Origin: Sphingobacteriia bacterium
GTDB lineage: Bacteria; Bacteroidota; Bacteroidia; Bacteroidales; UBA7960
Direction: 5' to 3'
Assembly (NCBI GenBank): GCA_041642035.1
Contig: JBEPXC010000001.1
Coordinates: 6,304-70,303, forward strand
Length of the DNA: 64,000 bases
The notes under the pieces were generated by a model, which was not told the DNA's origin, searched no databases, and saw nothing but the letters and a program-made list of their open reading frames with translations. Made by a program: the position numbers and the translations under genes. This document shows positions 58,353 to 64,000 of the stretch, piece by piece (the first letter of the stretch is position 1; each line of letters begins with the position of its first letter).

Positions 58353-60119
58353 ATGATACGATCTCAGATTGCAATAGTACTCCTGTTCTTTTTATTCCAA
58401 ATCATTGGTGTTGATGCAAAGGGCCAAACCGACGGAAGATCCATTGACGATTTCTTCTTCAAAGCTCCCGGCACACCGGTAAACCCCAGGGTTACCATAC
58501 ATTGGAACCGTTACCACACCAACGAAGGCTTGTATGAGCTTTACCAGAAAATTGTTGAGGCTTACCCTGAACTCGTAAGCCTGCAGTCCATCGGTAAAAG
58601 TTATGAAAACCGTGACTTGTGGCTTTTAACCATCACCGAACGCAATAAGCCCGATATTGAAAAACCCGCTTTCTGGATTGATGGGAACATCCATTCCAAT
58701 GAAATACAGGCATCGGAGGTAGCTTTGTATACGGCATGGTACCTAACCGAGAATTACGAAACCAACACACATATCCGCCAACTTCTGAAGGAGAAGGTAT
58801 TCTATATTTTGCCCGTCATGAACCCCGATGGCAGAGAAGATTATATGAATCAGCCTAATACCTCCAGCTCTCCCCGTAGCGGCATGCAACCGTTCGATGA
58901 TGATGGTGATGGTGTGGAAGGAGAAGATGGCTTTTATGACCTGAATAACGATGGCCATATCACCCAGATGCGCCGTCGCAACCCGATGGGTCGATGGAAA
59001 GAAGATCCGGATGATCCACGTCGGCTCATTCCTGTTGCCCCCGATGAAACCGGTGAATGGGAACTGCTGGGCTTTGAAGGCATTGATGCCGATGGCGATG
59101 GCCAGATTAGCGAAGACCGCCCGGCAGGGTATTATGACCCCAACCGCGACTGGGGCTGGAACTGGCAACCCGACTATGTGCAACGAGGTGCCTATAAATA
59201 CCCCTTTTCACAGCCCGAAACACGCGCTGTGCGGGATTTTGCCTTCAAGCACCCAAACATCAGTGGCGTACTCACCCATCACAATACAGGCGGAATGTTT
59301 CTTCGCGGTCCGGGATTTGAATCCGATTCGCAATACTTCATGCCCGAAGATCTTCAGGTGTATGATGCACTAGGTGCTATGGGAGAAAAACTGGTGCCCG
59401 GATACAGGTATCTGATCAGCTACCGAGACCTTTACCCGGTACTGGGAGGACAGCGCGACTGGTTTCACATCATGCGCGGAGCATTTACCTATACGGTGGA
59501 ACTGTTTACCCGGTATTATTATTTCCATAACACGCCAACCGAAGGCAATCGCAGAAGCAACGCTGAGGTTTATGACTTTGATAAGTACCTTCTTTTTGGT
59601 GATGCCTTTGTCCCCTGGACCGATGTTCAGCATCCGCAATATGGCGACATACAGGTGGGTGGCTTCAAGAAGAACTATGTAAGGATCAATCCGGGCTTTA
59701 TGCTCGAAGAAGAAGCACACCGTGTGACGGCTTACTCCATTTATCACGCATGGCATACCCCGGGACTGGAAATTACTGAGCTCAGCACCAATGACCTGGG
59801 AGATGGACTCACTGAGGTTATCGCCACTGTAACCAACACCCGCATGACACCCACCCATTCAGGGGTGAACCTTAAGTTTAATATTGACCGCAACGACTAC
59901 ATTAAGCTTGAAGGAGCAGATGTGCTGGCAGGAATGATCGTAAAAAACCACGATCTCAATCAGGTGGAGGAACAGGCGGTTAATCCGGAGATCCTTGAAG
60001 TAGAAAATATTGCAGGCATGTCAAGTGTAACGGTGAAATGGATCGTTGAGAAGATGGAAAACATACGGGTCACTGTTGATAGTCCCAAAGGGGGAGTAGT
60101 CAGCAAGGTGTTGGAATAA
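58353..60119 (+). CDS. M14 family zinc carboxypeptidase, secreted (close tandem paralog of 56594-58342)
   Basis: FWIDGNIHSNEIQASE, HHNTGGMFLRGPG, YTVELF. Colinear with, and highly similar to, the preceding gene along its full length. Confidence 0.85.
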   Translation: MIRSQIAIVLLFFLFQIIGVDAKGQTDGRSIDDFFFKAPGTPVNPRVTIHWNRYHTNEGLYELYQKIVEAYPELVSLQSIGKSYENRDLWLLTITERNKPDIEKPAFWIDGNIHSNEIQASEVALYTAWYLTENYETNTHIRQLLKEKVFYILPVMNPDGREDYMNQPNTSSSPRSGMQPFDDDGDGVEGEDGFYDLNNDGHITQMRRRNPMGRWKEDPDDPRRLIPVAPDETGEWELLGFEGIDADGDGQISEDRPAGYYDPNRDWGWNWQPDYVQRGAYKYPFSQPETRAVRDFAFKHPNISGVLTHHNTGGMFLRGPGFESDSQYFMPEDLQVYDALGAMGEKLVPGYRYLISYRDLYPVLGGQRDWFHIMRGAFTYTVELFTRYYYFHNTPTEGNRRSNAEVYDFDKYLLFGDAFVPWTDVQHPQYGDIQVGGFKKNYVRINPGFMLEEEAHRVTAYSIYHAWHTPGLEITELSTNDLGDGLTEVIATVTNTRMTPTHSGVNLKFNIDRNDYIKLEGADVLAGMIVKNHDLNQVEEQAVNPEILEVENIAGMSSVTVKWIVEKMENIRVTVDSPKGGVVSKVLE

Positions 60120-60120
60120 T

Positions 60121-60445
60121 TACTAAGACTTTCCATCGTCCGCTAAGACTTTCCATCGTCTGGAGGACATGGAAACGTCTGGGTAAAATGACTCTCTTTA
60201 AAAGACATTAGATTATAATAAATTTTAGGGGGAGTGTGTTCAAGACGATGGAAAGTCCTCTGGACGTTTCCTTGGCTTGAAAAAGACTTTCCATCGTCCG
60301 CAGGACATGGAAACGTCTGGGTAAAAGGTCCTTTTTATTATAAAAAGATTCCTGCTATATATTACAGCCTCTGCTTTCAAGACAGCCTGTCCCGACTTTT
60401 TTTCGGGAATGGAAAGTCCTCCGGACGTTTCCATGTCTTGAAAAA
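60121..60445. repeat. Dense cluster of family A palindromic units (about 5 copies or half-copies in both orientations) filling the whole intergenic space
   Basis: 60125-60183 (with a duplicated left arm), 60241-60321 (two units) and 60409-60440, plus the tcccgac..tcggga module at about 60378-60408. Confidence 0.9.
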
Positions 60446-62224
60446 TCACATCCCCTGAAACTGCAGTTCGCTCAAGCTCTTATATAAACCTCCGGCAGAT
60501 TTGAGCAGCTCCAGATGGGTGCCTTGTTCTACTATGCGGCCGTTGTCGAGCACCAGGATCTGATCTGCCTGCCGGATGGTGGAAAGGCGATGGGCAATAA
60601 CGATGGAGGTACGTCCTTTCATGAGCTTTTCGAGTGCATCCTGCACCAGGCGTTCACTTTCCGAATCCAGTGAGGAGGTGGCCTCATCCAGAATCAATAT
60701 CTTAGGATCTTTAAGCACTGCACGGGCAATAGCAATACGCTGACGCTGTCCGCCCGACAATTGTGTACCCCGTTCTCCTACAAGGGTGTCAAGTCCCTGG
60801 GGGAAGTTGTTGATGAAATCCCATGCATTGGCTTTGCGTGCAGCATCTTCTATCATGGCAGGGGATGCATTGGGATTGCCATAGGCAATATTCTCGCGGA
60901 TGCTGCCCCCGAAAAGAAAAATATCCTGCGGTACGATGGCCATCTGTGCGCGCAATACCGAGAGTGGAAGAGAGCGGTAATCATTACCATCAAAAAGTAT
61001 TTGCCCTGATCCGGGTTCATACAACCTGAGCAGCAACGATACCAGAGTAGACTTCCCTGCTCCGCTGGGACCTACCAGCGCCACAAGGGTATCAGGCTGG
61101 ATTTCCACATCAATATCGCTAAGCACCGGGGTGTCAGGACGCGATGGATAGCTGAAGGATAGCTTATCAAAACGAATTCCTCCATGCAGGATTTCATGGG
61201 GCTCAGGGGAAGGCATATTCTCAACAGGCTCGGGTACTTCATTGAAAATTTCGAGCAAATCCTCTGTTGCACCAATAAATTTCTGTACCCTGGCAAACAC
61301 ATCGGCCATGCCTCCTATGGTTCCACCAATAAAAACGGTATAAATCAGAAAAGAGAACAGCTCACCTGTGGCAATTTCACCGCTGGCCAGCAGGGTGGAG
61401 CCTCTCCATATTACAGCTACCATGGTACCGAAGAGTCCTATAATGATGAAGGAAGAAAAGGCACCCCGTAGTTTACCGTTTTTAATGCCGGTCTGGGCAA
61501 TATCCTTTGTTTTCAGACGATAACGAGCCATCTCGAAATATTCATTGGTAAATGCCTTTACACTCTGTATGCCCTGCAGGGTTTCTTCGACTATGGTGTT
61601 AGAATCGGCTACCTGTGCCTGCGCCAGTTTGCTCAGATTACGGATATACCGTCCGAAGAATCCCACCAAAATCACGATAACCGGCAATACCGCCAGCATA
61701 AACAGGGTAAGCTTGTAGGATGTTACCATCATTAGGCTTACCCCGCCAATAATAATGATGATTTGTCTGATGAATTCCGCCAGAGTGGTGGTCAGTGCGT
61801 CCTGCAAAAGGGTGATGTCTGATGATATTCTGCTGTTCAACTCCCCTACCCTCCTTTGCTGAAAAAACTTCATGGGCAGACGGATCAGGTGGTTAAAGGT
61901 ACTTTGACGTAAATCGGCCAGCGTTTTCTCGGCTACGCGTACAAAAAGGAATATCCTGAAATAGGAAAATACCGACTGCCCTACCAGCACCGCGATAAGG
62001 ATCAGGGCAATACGATTGATTTGCTCACCCAATATGCCTTGATTGCCATAATCCACCAGGTCGCCCAATAACTTCGGAAAAATCAGGCTGGCAGTACTCG
62101 ATCCCAGCAAAAACAGTAAACCCAGTGCATACTCCCACCGATAGGGTCGTATGTAGTGGTAAAGCCTGAATAATCTGCGCAATCCTGTAACGGTTATCTT
62201 TTTCTTAATATCCTCATCGCTCAT
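60446..62224 (-). CDS. ABC transporter ATP-binding protein/permease (MsbA/multidrug exporter type)
   Basis: Six-TM domain plus an NBD with Walker A GPSGAGKST, signature LSGGQRQRIAIARA and Walker B ILILDEATS. The start is taken at MSDEDIKKK (the track ORF extends to 62326). Confidence 0.9.
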   Translation of the reverse strand: MSDEDIKKKITVTGLRRLFRLYHYIRPYRWEYALGLLFLLGSSTASLIFPKLLGDLVDYGNQGILGEQINRIALILIAVLVGQSVFSYFRIFLFVRVAEKTLADLRQSTFNHLIRLPMKFFQQRRVGELNSRISSDITLLQDALTTTLAEFIRQIIIIIGGVSLMMVTSYKLTLFMLAVLPVIVILVGFFGRYIRNLSKLAQAQVADSNTIVEETLQGIQSVKAFTNEYFEMARYRLKTKDIAQTGIKNGKLRGAFSSFIIIGLFGTMVAVIWRGSTLLASGEIATGELFSFLIYTVFIGGTIGGMADVFARVQKFIGATEDLLEIFNEVPEPVENMPSPEPHEILHGGIRFDKLSFSYPSRPDTPVLSDIDVEIQPDTLVALVGPSGAGKSTLVSLLLRLYEPGSGQILFDGNDYRSLPLSVLRAQMAIVPQDIFLFGGSIRENIAYGNPNASPAMIEDAARKANAWDFINNFPQGLDTLVGERGTQLSGGQRQRIAIARAVLKDPKILILDEATSSLDSESERLVQDALEKLMKGRTSIVIAHRLSTIRQADQILVLDNGRIVEQGTHLELLKSAGGLYKSLSELQFQGM

Positions 62225-62391
62225 AATAGGGTAACAACTTATTGATTTAAAAAACTCACCTATACCTTTCAAAAGCACCTTTTTTTGATGCCGATCAACT
62301 TTTTCAACCTTTATTTTCTTCTGCAAAGATAGGTATCAATATTATACTTAAGTTTGGTGATGAGAAAATGATAACCCAAAAATCTATAACC

Positions 62392-63900
62392 ATGATAAAA
62401 CCTTATGCCGGAGTGCTTCTGTTAACATTTGTCTTCACCTTAACTTATTGTGCTATGCAGAAAGATACCAGCTATGGAATTTTTGATCAATCTACCGATA
62501 TTGGAGCAGTAAAGCATAAGGGTGAAGCCAGCTGGGACTCCATATCCGGGCAATACACCCTCTCGGGCAGCGGAACCAATATGTGGATGGATAACGATGA
62601 GTTTCATCTTATCTGGACCAAAGTGGAAGGTGATTTCATTTTGTACAACAGGCTTGAATTCATAGGAGATGGAGTTGATCCGCATCGCAAAGCAGGGCTG
62701 ATCATCCGTAAAGACCTGACCCCCTCCTCACCTTATATCAGTGCTGCCTATCATGGCGACGGGCTGGTTGCCATGCAGTATCGGCTGCAGGAAGGTGCTG
62801 ATACCCAAGAGACAATCCATGAAGGAGGGTTTACCCCCATCATGCAACTGGAACGCACAGGAGACTCAGTGGTTATGTCGGCAGCAAAAGAGGGAGAACC
62901 CTTGCAAAAGACCGGAGAAATAGATTTTGGCAGTGGCGAATATTATGTTGGCCTATTTGTTTGCTCACACAACCCCGATGTTGTAGAGTCGGCTGTATTT
63001 TCAAATACCCGTCTGACCATTCCTGCAAGGGCTGATTTTAAACCCTACCAGGATTTCCTGGGCTCAAGAGTTGAAACAGTAGATGTAGAAACAGGACTGC
63101 GTAAAATCATCTACGAGACCCCCGATAACCTGGAAGCCCCTAACTGGTCGCGCGATGGCAGCTTCCTGGTGTTGAACGGGAAAGGCATACTTTACCGGCT
63201 TCAGGCTGATGGGAACGATATCCAACCCATCGATACGGATTTTGCCACGTCCAACAACAACGATCATGGCATTTCGCCCGATGGCACACAACTGGTAATC
63301 AGCCATCATGTGAGTGATCTGCCTGCCGGACAAAACTCCATCATTTTCACCCTTCCCATTGAGGGGGGCACACCCCGCAGGGTCACCGAAAAGGGCCCAT
63401 CCTACTGGCATGGCTGGTCGCCTGATGGAAAATACCTGATTTACACCGCTCACCGCAACGATCAGTGGGATATTTATCGCATACCCGTGGAAGGAGGAGA
63501 AGAAACACAGCTCACCAACAGTCCCGGTCTCGATGATGGTTCTGAATATTCAGCCGATGGGGAATACATCTGGTTCAACAGTGTGCGCAGTGGCAGCATG
63601 GAGATATGGCGGATGAAAGCCGATGGCAGTGAGCAAACGCAGATCACCAACGATGAGTACCAGAACTGGTTTCCGCACCAATCGCCCGATGGCAGCAAGA
63701 TTGTCTTTCTCTCCTACCTGCCCGATGTAGCGGCCGGAGATCATCCCTACTACAAGCAAGTAATGCTTCGCATCATGGATACCGACAGCCTGCAACCCCG
63801 TGTATTAGCCCATTTGTATGGCGGACAGGGCACCATCAACGTGCCCTCCTGGTCGCCCGATGGTAGAAAGGTTGCCTTTGTGAGCAATACCGGGAGATAG
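62392..63900 (+). CDS. Lipoprotein with an N-terminal domain of unknown function and a TolB-like (PD40/WD40-like) beta-propeller
   Basis: LTYC lipobox. The C-terminal half has repeated SPDG/SRDG/SADG propeller motifs (WSPDGKYLIY, QSPDGSKIVF, WSPDGRKVAF). Confidence 0.75.
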   Translation: MIKPYAGVLLLTFVFTLTYCAMQKDTSYGIFDQSTDIGAVKHKGEASWDSISGQYTLSGSGTNMWMDNDEFHLIWTKVEGDFILYNRLEFIGDGVDPHRKAGLIIRKDLTPSSPYISAAYHGDGLVAMQYRLQEGADTQETIHEGGFTPIMQLERTGDSVVMSAAKEGEPLQKTGEIDFGSGEYYVGLFVCSHNPDVVESAVFSNTRLTIPARADFKPYQDFLGSRVETVDVETGLRKIIYETPDNLEAPNWSRDGSFLVLNGKGILYRLQADGNDIQPIDTDFATSNNNDHGISPDGTQLVISHHVSDLPAGQNSIIFTLPIEGGTPRRVTEKGPSYWHGWSPDGKYLIYTAHRNDQWDIYRIPVEGGEETQLTNSPGLDDGSEYSADGEYIWFNSVRSGSMEIWRMKADGSEQTQITNDEYQNWFPHQSPDGSKIVFLSYLPDVAAGDHPYYKQVMLRIMDTDSLQPRVLAHLYGGQGTINVPSWSPDGRKVAFVSNTGR

Positions 63901-63912
63901 TTTATGCGTCCG

Positions 63913-63953
63913 CTAAGACTTTCCATCGTCCAAAGGACATGGAAACGTCTGGG
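63913..63953. repeat. Family A palindromic unit directly after the stop codon
   Basis: ctaagactttccatcgtccaaaggacatggaaacgtctggg. The downstream tail ctctctttaa is shared with the copy at 60125-60210. Confidence 0.85.
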
Positions 63954-64000
63954 TTAGCTGGCTCTCTTTAATAGTTGTTAGCGTTCAACAAATTTTAAGG

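Noticed and set aside
60409-60425. GGAAAGTCC, reminiscent of the RNase P RNA conserved GAGGAAAGUCC box
   Set aside because: It is part of the multi-copy family A palindrome, and none of the other RNase P conserved regions are nearby.

Overview
This 64-kb chromosomal window reads as Bacteroidota. Supporting signs are TAnnTTTG-type -7 promoter boxes, a T9SS C-terminal sorting domain, a BACON/FGE-type lipoprotein and lipoprotein signal peptides. I can support about 40 protein genes. They include a DEAD-box helicase (partial, at the window start), an Rpn/PD-(D/E)XK nuclease, a 978-aa DnaE2/ImuC-like polymerase, the nadA-nadB-nadC operon, several transporters (FtsX-type permease, two MFS, SSS, TrkH/TrkA, an ABC exporter) and carbohydrate genes (CBM9-like, ROK kinase, UDP-xylose synthase, GH20, GT2, PPi-PFK). 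There is also a hybrid sensor kinase with a truncated paralog, three tandem secreted M14-like peptidases, and a tightly coupled three-gene secreted operon ending in an 1827-aa protein that combines C10 cysteine protease, LRR and HExxH regions. I saw no rRNA, tRNA or CRISPR array. The unusual content is mostly intergenic and mobile. (1) A Y1/HUH (IS200/RAYT-type) transposase sits inside arrays of 320-bp structured repeat units that look like REPIN precursors still carrying a scar of the transposase gene. (2) A group II intron with an intact RT/maturase lies next to one of those arrays. (3) A 1.27-kb cassette bounded by a perfect 17-bp inverted repeat carries a fused HTH-nucleotidyltransferase gene between two convergent transporter genes. 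(4) At least four further dispersed families of hairpin repeats form mosaic clusters at about eight intergenic sites. (5) A 22-copy hexanucleotide tandem repeat sits exactly between two divergent promoters. I do not see a clear-cut defence island. The repeat/transposase system, the IR-bounded cassette and the protease operon are my best candidates for something not yet described. All calls come from reading the sequence and motifs by eye, and nothing was searched or computed.
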